Shown here: positions 1-6,988 of the stretch, in pieces
Position numbering within the stretch: the first letter of the stretch is position 1
Layout: the number at the start of each line of letters is the position of its first letter
Assembly (NCBI GenBank): GCA_043812655.1
Contig: JBDRLW010000026.1
Location: 1-12,467, forward strand
DNA length: 12,467 nt
Direction: 5' to 3'
Source: a bacterium
GTDB taxonomy: Bacteria > Margulisbacteria > WOR-1 > O2-12-FULL-45-9 > XYB2-FULL-48-7
The notes under the pieces: generated by a model
What the model was told of the DNA's origin: nothing
What the model saw: the letters and a program-made list of their open reading frames with translations, nothing else
Databases searched by the model: none
Position numbers and translations under genes: made by a program

Positions 1-1
1 T

Positions 2-214
2 ACGGTTAGCTTGCCGGCTTATACAATAGTCGACCTAAGGATCGCCAAAAAGATCAATTTGGTCGATCTGGAATTTAAGGCCGAAAACTTGTTTGATGCG
101 GTCTATAGCGAAGCGGTTGGGACGTATTTTGATCCTAATACGTTTGCTTCCGAAAACAGAAACTATCCTATGCCTGGCCGGCGCTATTCAGTTGGCGTGA
201 AATGGGAGATATAG
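2..214 (+). CDS. TonB-dependent outer-membrane receptor, C-terminal fragment (5' truncated by window edge)
   Basis: Frame is open from base 2 (TVSLPAYTIVDL...), so TTG at 11 is not a real start. The tail ...FKAENLFDAVYSE...YPMPGRRYSVGVKWEI matches the xNLFDxxY...GRxYxxGxxYxF end of TonB-dependent receptors. A tonB gene follows directly. Confidence 0.9.
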   Translation, partial: TVSLPAYTIVDLRIAKKINLVDLEFKAENLFDAVYSEAVGTYFDPNTFASENRNYPMPGRRYSVGVKWEI

Positions 215-225
215 GGTGGTATAAT
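197..225 (+). promoter_or_regulatory. Putative sigma70 promoter for tonB (GTGAAA-N17-TATAAT with extended -10)
   Basis: TATAAT at 220-225 preceded by TGn (217-219); GTGAAA at 197-202 (4/6 match to TTGACA) with a 17-nt spacer. Confidence 0.6.
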
Positions 226-228
226 AAG

Positions 229-308
229 TTGGTTAGTTGGTTAGTCCCTCGACGGTGCTCGGGATGGCTGGGATGGCGAGCTTGTCGAGCCATTGGTTAG
301 TTTGTTAG
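229..308. repeat. REP-like hairpin (245-292) embedded in a TTGGTTAG octamer repeat tract
   Basis: TTGGTTAG at 229-236, 237-244 and 293-300, TTTGTTAG at 301-308. Between them CTCGAC(248-253)/GTCGAG(284-289) and GCTCG(257-261)/CGAGC(277-281) form an imperfect stem. GGGATGGC occurs twice (261-268, 270-277). Confidence 0.7.
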
Positions 309-315
309 AATAAAT

Positions 316-321
316 AGGAGG
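316..321 (+). promoter_or_regulatory. Shine-Dalgarno site of tonB
   Basis: AGGAGG 9 nt upstream of ATG 331. Confidence 0.8.
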
Positions 322-330
322 AATAGAAAA

Positions 331-846
331 ATGTTTAAAGCAAAAGAAGTTTCGATCAAGAACCTGTCGGTTTATCTGGTGTTTTCGGTTGTGTTGACGG
401 CTGGTTATTTAATTACGCATCGGCCGATGACGATGACCAAGAATGCGCCGATCTTCTATGGTGAAGAAGTTAAGGTTAGTAAAGCTACCGCTGTACTTCC
501 GGCCCAGGCGGTAATAGCCAAACCGATCCAGGTGGCAACGCCAGCGGCAAAGCCAACGATCGTGACGCCTCTGCCGATCATCCCGCCAGCGATCACCTTT
601 AAGGTTTTACCGGTCTACCCGGCAAGCATTTTGGCGCAAGGCCAGCAGGGGACAGTTATCCTCTCAGTTTTTGTGGGTCTATCGGGACAAGCCGAAAAGA
701 TCGAGACCAAGCTTTCATCAGGCCTAGCCGGGCTGGATGAAGCGGCGACCAAAGCGGTCTCACAGTGGAGATTTTCTCCAGCTTCGCAAGGCGGAACCGC
801 TCTCGCCAGCTGGTTTGAGGTTCCTGTTCGGTTTGTAGTGCGTTAG
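331..846 (+). CDS. tonB: Energy transducer TonB family protein (171 aa)
   Basis: N-terminal hydrophobic anchor, Pro/Ala-rich linker and a TonB_C domain (PVYP...GQQGTVILSVFV...G...SSG...LDEAATKAVSQWRFSPA...VPVRF). Strong RBS; adjacent to a TonB-dependent receptor. Confidence 0.92.
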   Translation: MFKAKEVSIKNLSVYLVFSVVLTAGYLITHRPMTMTKNAPIFYGEEVKVSKATAVLPAQAVIAKPIQVATPAAKPTIVTPLPIIPPAITFKVLPVYPASILAQGQQGTVILSVFVGLSGQAEKIETKLSSGLAGLDEAATKAVSQWRFSPASQGGTALASWFEVPVRFVVR

Positions 847-852
847 GCGGCG

Positions 853-927
853 GCGAAGGGCGAATCGTAATGTGAAGCGTGAAGAACGTTACGCTTAACG
901 GTTTACGCTTTTCGTTTCACCTTTCGC
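853..927. repeat. Long imperfect inverted repeat made of degenerate ~7-nt units
   Basis: GCGAAGGGCGAATCG (853-867) pairs with CGTTTCACCTTTCGC (913-927): 12 Watson-Crick pairs plus 1 G-U of 15. AAGCGTGAA (875-883) pairs with TTTACGCTT (902-910). TTACGCTT occurs twice (889-896, 903-910). Confidence 0.65.
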
Positions 928-952
928 AACCGTATTACGGAGGACGCAAAAA

Positions 953-1174
953 ATGGCAATTGAATCACTAGGGAGAATGCTGCTTTATATTGGAGTGGTC
1001 ATGGTCTTGATCGGCGGCTTTTTTATGCTGGCCGCTAAAATACCGTGGTTTGGCAAACTCCCTGGTGATTTTGTTTATGAACGTGAGGGACTCAAGGTTT
1101 ATGTCCCCTTTGTGACGATGATCTTGGTTAGCGTGATCCTGACCCTCTTACTTAACCTGGTTTGGCGAAAATAA
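953..1174 (+). CDS. DUF2905 family small membrane protein (73 aa)
   Basis: Two hydrophobic helices flanking the signature WFGKLPGDF...VYVPFVTMILVSVILTL; RBS GGAGGA at 939-944. Confidence 0.88.
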   Translation: MAIESLGRMLLYIGVVMVLIGGFFMLAAKIPWFGKLPGDFVYEREGLKVYVPFVTMILVSVILTLLLNLVWRK

Positions 1175-1180
1175 TCGTTC

Positions 1181-2596
1181 ATGAGAGCGCTGAAAACCAT
1201 TATTGGCGGCTTGTCTGCCTATTATATTCTTGTCTACCTCTTTGTTGCTTTTAGCCGCTTAAATTATCCCTTTGATCTTGATTTTGTCGATGGCGCCAAT
1301 TTGCAGTCGGTCCTTCGGGTTTTGTCGTGGCAGAATTTATATGTCGCTCCCAGTTTGGACTTTATCCCCAATATTTACAACCCTTTATACTATTATTTGG
1401 CCGCCCCGTTGGCTAAAGTACTTGGGCCGACATTTTTGCCGTTAAGATTGTTGTCGCTTTTAGCTTCACTCGGCTGTTTCGGCTTGATCTATCGCTTGAT
1501 CGAAAAAGAGACGGGGAATAAATATTATGGTTTTGTGGCGGCCGGTTTTTTTGCGGCGACTTTTAACCTTTGTGGCGGTTGGTTTGACATGCCGCGGGTC
1601 GACTCGCTTTTTTTATTTTTTACTCTTTTTGGCCTTTATCAGCTTAGGCAAGATCGGCTGGTTGCCAGCGCGATCTTATTTGCCCTGGCTTTTTTTACGA
1701 AGCAATTTACTTTAGCGGTTGTTATCCCGATGATTATCTATCTTCTGATCTTTAACCGCAGCGGTTGTTTAAAATTTACTCTGGTTTTTGGCGGTCTGAC
1801 CGGTGTTGGGATCAGCCTTTTAAATATCTTCAGTAATGGTTGGTACAGTTATTATGCTTTTTGGTTGCCCGCCATGCATTCACGATCGTCAGCGGTGATC
1901 GGTTTTTGGTTGTTTGGGATAATTTGCTCCCTGCCGATCGTTTTTTTACTGAAGCTTTTTCTTTTTAATGCCTGGCATAAACAAAAGAATAGAGAAAAGG
2001 GCTTCTATTTTGCCATATTTTGCGGTTTGATGGGAGCGGGGTGGCTTGGACTAAGCCATTCTTTCGCGCATGTCAATGTCTTAATGCCGGCGTTTGCCGC
2101 GCTGGCGATTATTTTGGGCCTGGTGTTGGCTGAGTTTCAGCTGACTGTATTGGCCCAAATTTTAATTATTGGGCAATTTGCATGGCTATTTTATAATCCC
2201 TTGGCTTATATCCCGACTCAAAATGATCGGTTAGCGAACGAAAAGATCGTTAAAATCATTAAGGAAACTAAGGGAGAGGTTTTTATTCCCCGCCACAACT
2301 ATTTGGCGGGACTGGCTGGCAAGCGGATTTATGCCCATTGGATGGCAATACATGATGTTTTGCGTGGGGATAGTGGGGGAGTAGGGACCGCTTTATTTAA
2401 CGAAATTCAAACCGCTTTGAAGACTAAAAAGTTTAAGTTGGTTGTGATGGATGAAGAAGATAAGGCTAAAAAGTATAAGTTTTGGGATGAAGATAGCGGT
2501 GAGTATTATTTGCATAAAGTAAAAATCAGTCTTCAACCTGACGAGTTATGGCCGGTGGCCGGAGTTAAAACCAGACCGACCTATTTGTTGTATTAG
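1181..2596 (+). CDS. GT-C fold (ArnT/PMT-like) integral membrane glycosyltransferase (471 aa)
   Basis: Many hydrophobic segments, an acidic motif in the loop after TM1 (YPFDLDFVDG), YNPLYYY, RLLS, PRVDS and FFTKQ motifs, and a soluble C-terminal domain. Confidence 0.8.
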   Translation: MRALKTIIGGLSAYYILVYLFVAFSRLNYPFDLDFVDGANLQSVLRVLSWQNLYVAPSLDFIPNIYNPLYYYLAAPLAKVLGPTFLPLRLLSLLASLGCFGLIYRLIEKETGNKYYGFVAAGFFAATFNLCGGWFDMPRVDSLFLFFTLFGLYQLRQDRLVASAILFALAFFTKQFTLAVVIPMIIYLLIFNRSGCLKFTLVFGGLTGVGISLLNIFSNGWYSYYAFWLPAMHSRSSAVIGFWLFGIICSLPIVFLLKLFLFNAWHKQKNREKGFYFAIFCGLMGAGWLGLSHSFAHVNVLMPAFAALAIILGLVLAEFQLTVLAQILIIGQFAWLFYNPLAYIPTQNDRLANEKIVKIIKETKGEVFIPRHNYLAGLAGKRIYAHWMAIHDVLRGDSGGVGTALFNEIQTALKTKKFKLVVMDEEDKAKKYKFWDEDSGEYYLHKVKISLQPDELWPVAGVKTRPTYLLY

Positions 2597-2608
2597 GAGT
2601 GTGTAAAA

Positions 2609-2637
2609 TTGACCGGGCTAGAAGAGTTTGGTAGCAT
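2609..2637 (+). promoter_or_regulatory. Putative sigma70 promoter for the radical SAM-GT2 pair (TTGACC-N17-TAGCAT, extended -10)
   Basis: TTGACC 2609-2614, 17-nt spacer ending in TGn (2629-2631), TAGCAT 2632-2637. Implies that the ORF-track TTG at 2609 is the -35 box rather than a start codon. Confidence 0.55.
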
Positions 2638-2665
2638 TAATATCATGCAGACAAGGGAAAAAATA

Positions 2666-3803
2666 ATGATTATGGAAACAATAAATGATAAAAAACCAAG
2701 AAATATAATTAGTCAAAGGCGATCTCCCGTTTTCGATGCAGTTGCTTTTCTAAGGTCTTATTTTTCTATCCAGCCGAGCTATCTGATATTTTTTGTGACC
2801 GCGAATTGCAACGCGCGTTGCCCGCACTGCTTTTATCGAACAGAGATCGAAGCCGCTAATACCAGCAAAGAGCTTAAGTTAGAGGAGATCACCAAAATCG
2901 CTAAAAGCCTTAATCCCCTTATTTATCTTTCTCTGGCTGGGGGAGAGCCGTTTTTGCGCCCAGACTTGGTAGAAGTAGTTGAGATGTTTTACTTCCAGTC
3001 AGGCATCCAATACTGCAATATTGTTACTAATGGGTTTTACGCGGAGAGGATAGTTAAGACGGCCCAGATGATCTTAAAGCAATGTCCAAGCCTAAAATTA
3101 AAGATCCAAGTATCGATTGATGATTTTGAGCCGGCACATGATGAGAATCGAGGTGTTCCGGGAATTTATCAGAATGCCATTAAGACTGTCAGACGGCTTT
3201 CAGCGGAGATCCAAGACCATGGATCCAGATTGACTGTTGATATTGCTACTTGTTTTACTAAATCGAATAAGACACGGATAGTAAAGATTCATGATCATTT
3301 GCGCCGGGAGCTTAAGTTTGATAATTATCAGTTGCTTTATCCACGAGGCAACGCCAAGGATAAAGAGGTTAAAGAGGTTACACCAAAGGAATATAAGGCC
3401 GTGGTCGAACTTATTGAGCACAAAAAAAAAACATAATAATTCGATACTTTCTGTTGTTAATCGTCTGACCAGACGGGGTATTATTGATTATTTGCAGCAG
3501 GATAAATATCCCTGGGAATGCTTAGCTGGCCAGAAAATTATTTCCATTACTGAACGGGGGATACTTCAGCCTTGTGAAATTCTACATCAACTGGTTCCGG
3601 GTTATAATTCCGATCTGGCCGATTTGCGTCAATTTGATTTTAATGTTAAAGCGGCACTAGCCTCGTCTAAGGCGCGAGCGGTCATTGAACATATCAAGAA
3701 GACTAAATGCCGTTGTAGTTTTGAGTGCGCCGCGAATTGTAATGTGGTTTTTAATAAGAAGAATGCGATCCAGGTAATATTAAAATGGCTAATGAGAAGA
3801 TAA
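2666..3803 (+). pseudogene. Radical SAM protein with SPASM/twitch-type C-terminal domain, interrupted by a one-base frameshift in an A10 tract (~378 aa if A9)
   Basis: Upstream frame has CNARCPHC (CxxxCxxC, 2807-2830), GGEPFLR, TNG and VSID...HDENRG, and stops at TAA 3434-3436 just after A10 (3422-3431). The next frame continues with CLAG...GILQPCE...CRCSFECAANC to 3803. Removing one A joins them (HKKKHNNS). Start uncertain: TTG 2609 or ATG 2645/2666/2672; 2666 has AAGGGA at 2653-2658. Could be a pseudogene, a phase-variable gene or a sequencing error. Confidence 0.85.
3422..3431 (+). repeat. A10 homopolymer at the frameshift site
   Basis: CAC-AAAAAAAAAA-CATAA; the longest homopolymer I found in the window. 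Confidence 0.9.
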
Positions 3804-4783
3804 AAATTTCGGTTGCTGTTGTGGCTTACAATGAAGAGAAGAATATTAGGGAGTGCCTAGATTCTTTAGCACATCTAGACTATCCACTCGAAGACATAGA
3901 GGTTATAGTGGTAGACAATAATTCAACCGATCGTACTCGCGAGATTGTGAGAGAATTTCCTCGTTTTCGCCTAATTGTTAATCCTGTCCGCGGAATAGCC
4001 GCTAGCCGTAACCTTGCTTTGCGCCAAGGTCGGTATGACTTTCTGGCTTTTACTGATGCCGACTGCACTGTTCCGACTGATTGGCTTTTAAAACTTTCAC
4101 TCGCTTTGCTCCAAGCTAAGCGGGATGACCCGTCTATTGCGGCGGTTGGTGGAGGGAACAGTGCCCCCGAATCGATGAACCTTTTCCGTCAAGCGATCGA
4201 TATTGCCGTCAAGACTTTTTGGGGTAATCATGGTTCTGTCCAAGGTCGGATTATAAAGGATAGAACCTATGTTGATCATCTTCCCACTCTTAATGTCCTT
4301 TATGATCGAAAGCTTATTTTGACTGAAGGAAGCTTTGATGAAGAGATGGGAAGCATGGGCGAAGATGTGGAGCTAAGTTATCGATTGAAGTGGCGCGGAT
4401 ACAAGTTGCTTTATGTCCCTGACGCTTTGGTCCAGCACAAGTGGCGGACCGATCTTAGGTCGTGGATCCTCAATATGGTGGCCTATGGGCGAGGACGGAT
4501 CTGGCTGATGAAGAAAGATAAGCGCTTTTTCAGCATTATGAATTTGGTTCCGCTTGCCCTTCTACTGTGCACGATCATGGCACCTTTTGTTACAATTATC
4601 CCCTTATATGTCATTCCGTTGGTCTATGTTATTTTAACTGCTTTGGTTAGTCTTTTTGCTTGTGCCAGAGCCAAGCGGCTTGATTTGGTTCTATTGGTCT
4701 TTGCGATTTATATTATTACCCATTATTCTTATGCTATTGGTGAGCTGGAAGGGGTAATCAGGACGCGAGGCAAAGGCCACTGA
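3785..4783 (+). CDS. Family 2 glycosyltransferase with C-terminal transmembrane helices (332 aa)
   Basis: ISVAVVAYNEE, VVDNNSTD, SRN, FTDAD (DxD), FDE...GEDVELSYRL, then 2-3 hydrophobic helices. Start overlaps the last 19 nt of the radical SAM frame. Confidence 0.92.
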   Translation: MANEKIKISVAVVAYNEEKNIRECLDSLAHLDYPLEDIEVIVVDNNSTDRTREIVREFPRFRLIVNPVRGIAASRNLALRQGRYDFLAFTDADCTVPTDWLLKLSLALLQAKRDDPSIAAVGGGNSAPESMNLFRQAIDIAVKTFWGNHGSVQGRIIKDRTYVDHLPTLNVLYDRKLILTEGSFDEEMGSMGEDVELSYRLKWRGYKLLYVPDALVQHKWRTDLRSWILNMVAYGRGRIWLMKKDKRFFSIMNLVPLALLLCTIMAPFVTIIPLYVIPLVYVILTALVSLFACARAKRLDLVLLVFAIYIITHYSYAIGELEGVIRTRGKGH

Positions 4784-6988
4784 CTATAACTTATAAATAA
4801 AATAATGGTCAGCTTGAAGGCTCCCATTCCAGGGACATAAATTTGGATAAGTTAGTTCGATAGTTAACCGATTTAATTTGTTAATCTCTCTTTTCTGATA
4901 AGCGAGTGAAGCACTTTTAGGATATCTTCCTACCACTGATAGCGCTTGTTGCTTTTGACGCCAAATTGAATACCAATTAGGCTTAGCTAAAAGGTTGTTC
5001 AGCTGTTCAAGGTTATTAATTTTCTCAATCCCATAGTTATCATAGTTAATTGCGTTGAGGAGTCGATTAATGGCGTTTTGGCTGTTAAACTGGCTGCTGG
5101 TAAACAGATAGGGTTCGTTATAGATGCACTCATAATTTCTATCAAGCCAATCTTTGATTTCTGGTTGATAAAAGGGATTGGCAAAAAGATTATGATTGCC
5201 AAGTTTATGATTGTTGAATTTAGCTAACCAGTTTTTGCGCCACCAACCATAGTAAAAGGTCGTATTTATTAATAGGTGAGTGAACCCCATTTTTTTTAAT
5301 TTTAAAAGCGCATCAGGAAAACTTTTGACCTGTTCAAAATCTTCATAGTAGCGGCTAAATTCCAGCTGTCCGGAAATAAATTCCTGATTAAAATAAAAGC
5401 CGGCAGAGTTATGAGGCGAGAATATTTTGGCGTTTGGGTGCAAATGACTATTAGCAAAGACAGCCGGGTTGTAGGCACTCCATGGATCAGCTTTATTTAG
5501 ATAAGCGGCCTTTTTATTGGGGCTGATAATTGACAAGAGTTTGTTTAGAAATAAATTTCTTTGCTGATTGATAAGTAAATTACGGGACAAAGAAAAGATT
5601 AGGATAACAATGAATAAATATTTTAATTTAAAATCGATCTTTTCTAGAAAGTTAAAAAAGGCAAGTGCGAGGCAGATCGAGAGGAGTGCAAAAGCCGGAA
5701 GAAGGTATCTTAGTGTGATGGTGCTAAAAAAGAGTAGCGTAATAATCACGACTGATAGTATTAATAATAAGATGATATTTTTTGCTGATTTTCTCTTAAG
5801 AGTAATCAATGTCGGCAGTAGGAATAAAAAATATGGAGAGGGAGATTGTTCCCCCCAATCCGAAAACTTATTGAAATGAAAAGTCAGATCAAAAGGTAAT
5901 CTTAGATATTGGATTAATGTCTTATCATGGCCGCCAATAAAGACGTATTTGTGGCCATTAAATGAAGTTAAGAAAGGATAGAACGGGTCACCAGTCCAGA
6001 CAAAGGTTTTGGCTAGCCATGGGAGGGGAAAGAGAAGGGCAAACAAAGAAAAGGCCCCGGCGGTAAGTAAAGCGTAGGTGAAGGAGGAGGTGTAGGTAGC
6101 TTTATTATTTTTATAGAGTGAAACAAAAAAGATATAGATAAAGAAGATGGGGAAATAATAAATTCCTGTTAATTTTATACAGGTGGTTAGACCTAAGAAG
6201 ATTGAAGCAAGCCAAAGCCATTTTTTATTGTTTTGATAATACCAATTAAAGAGTGAGAAGAGAATTAATAGAGAAAAAAAAGTAAACCCCAGATCAATTT
6301 TTGGCGTGATCAACCAAGCAACAACTGGCTGGCTGTAAAAAATGAGAGCGGCAAAAACGCTAACCAAGGGGTCTTGACTGATGTATTTGTTGATAAAAAC
6401 AATAATTAAATAAATCGTTAAGATACTTAAGAAAAAACTTAATAAACTGGCTAATTCGGGTCGGCCAAGGAGGAGAAAGGGGATATAAGTTATTTCAATA
6501 GCGAGGGTCCAGTAAGATTGGAAGCTGTCTGGCATAGGATAGAGGCGATGGTGAGCGATGTATTTTTTAGGGGCTAAGAGATGATAGGACAGTGAATCAT
6601 AATCAGTGATTGGGGCAAGGGCGCTGATAAGGTTAATGAAGATAAAACCGAGTAGCAGTTGTAATAATAAGATTAGCAAGACTGATCTCCTTTGGAAATG
6701 ATGGCAAAGGAACATAACACTCCCGGCTAGGTTATGGCAGACGGGAATTAATTCCTTGGTGGAGAAGATAATAATAATAGCTAATAATGTCCAGATGATC
6801 CAACTATATAGCAAGCCAAGGCAGCCTAATAAAAGGATTAGTAACGAGATCATTCCCAAGCCAAGGCCGATTGAGTAGAGTGGTTTTTCTTCGGGAGGAA
6901 GGTCTTTGATTGCCAGGCAACCTAAAATCTTTTGGCCAAAGGCAAAAAAGACAAGCAGGAATAGCGTTAAAAGAAAATAATTGATCAT
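4784..6988 (-). CDS. Large GT-C-like integral membrane protein, putative glycosyltransferase, paralog B (734 aa)
   Basis: Many TM segments; DYDSLSYHL acidic loop motif, PKID, CIKLTG, PW...TGDPFYPF and LRYLLP motifs; soluble C-terminal region. Colinear paralog of 6985-9411. Confidence 0.75.
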   Translation of the reverse strand: MINYFLLTLFLLVFFAFGQKILGCLAIKDLPPEEKPLYSIGLGLGMISLLILLLGCLGLLYSWIIWTLLAIIIIFSTKELIPVCHNLAGSVMFLCHHFQRRSVLLILLLQLLLGFIFINLISALAPITDYDSLSYHLLAPKKYIAHHRLYPMPDSFQSYWTLAIEITYIPFLLLGRPELASLLSFFLSILTIYLIIVFINKYISQDPLVSVFAALIFYSQPVVAWLITPKIDLGFTFFSLLILFSLFNWYYQNNKKWLWLASIFLGLTTCIKLTGIYYFPIFFIYIFFVSLYKNNKATYTSSFTYALLTAGAFSLFALLFPLPWLAKTFVWTGDPFYPFLTSFNGHKYVFIGGHDKTLIQYLRLPFDLTFHFNKFSDWGEQSPSPYFLFLLPTLITLKRKSAKNIILLLILSVVIITLLFFSTITLRYLLPAFALLSICLALAFFNFLEKIDFKLKYLFIVILIFSLSRNLLINQQRNLFLNKLLSIISPNKKAAYLNKADPWSAYNPAVFANSHLHPNAKIFSPHNSAGFYFNQEFISGQLEFSRYYEDFEQVKSFPDALLKLKKMGFTHLLINTTFYYGWWRKNWLAKFNNHKLGNHNLFANPFYQPEIKDWLDRNYECIYNEPYLFTSSQFNSQNAINRLLNAINYDNYGIEKINNLEQLNNLLAKPNWYSIWRQKQQALSVVGRYPKSASLAYQKREINKLNRLTIELTYPNLCPWNGSLQADHYFIYKL

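Noticed and set aside
229..330. Riboswitch or CRISPR array in the tonB leader
   Set aside because: No B12 box or other aptamer consensus recognised; the repeats are 8 nt and lack a repeat-spacer structure.
853..927. Rho-independent terminator after tonB
   Set aside because: The stem is long and imperfect with no U-tract after it on either strand; kept as a repeat structure.
2609..2665. TTG 2609 as the radical SAM start
   Set aside because: It coincides with a well-spaced -35 box and the extension has no recognisable features. Not fully excluded, since AGGAG lies at 2595-2599.
3291..3421. ORF 3291..3803 as an independent 170-aa gene
   Set aside because: Its first ~43 codons are an out-of-frame reading of the radical SAM core; only the part after the A tract looks like real SPASM-type sequence.
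3422..3436. Classical -1 programmed ribosomal frameshift
   Set aside because: Joining the frames needs +1 (or -2), and no stimulatory structure is evident downstream.
1527..4279. Short ORFs 1527..1715, 3200..3421, 3880..4068 and 4097..4279
   Set aside because: Fully nested in well-supported genes; no motifs.
2666..4783. RiPP/mycofactocin or hopanoid pathway (radical SAM plus GT2)
   Set aside because: No precursor peptide, PqqD/RRE domain or squalene-hopene genes in the window; the context is sugar metabolism.
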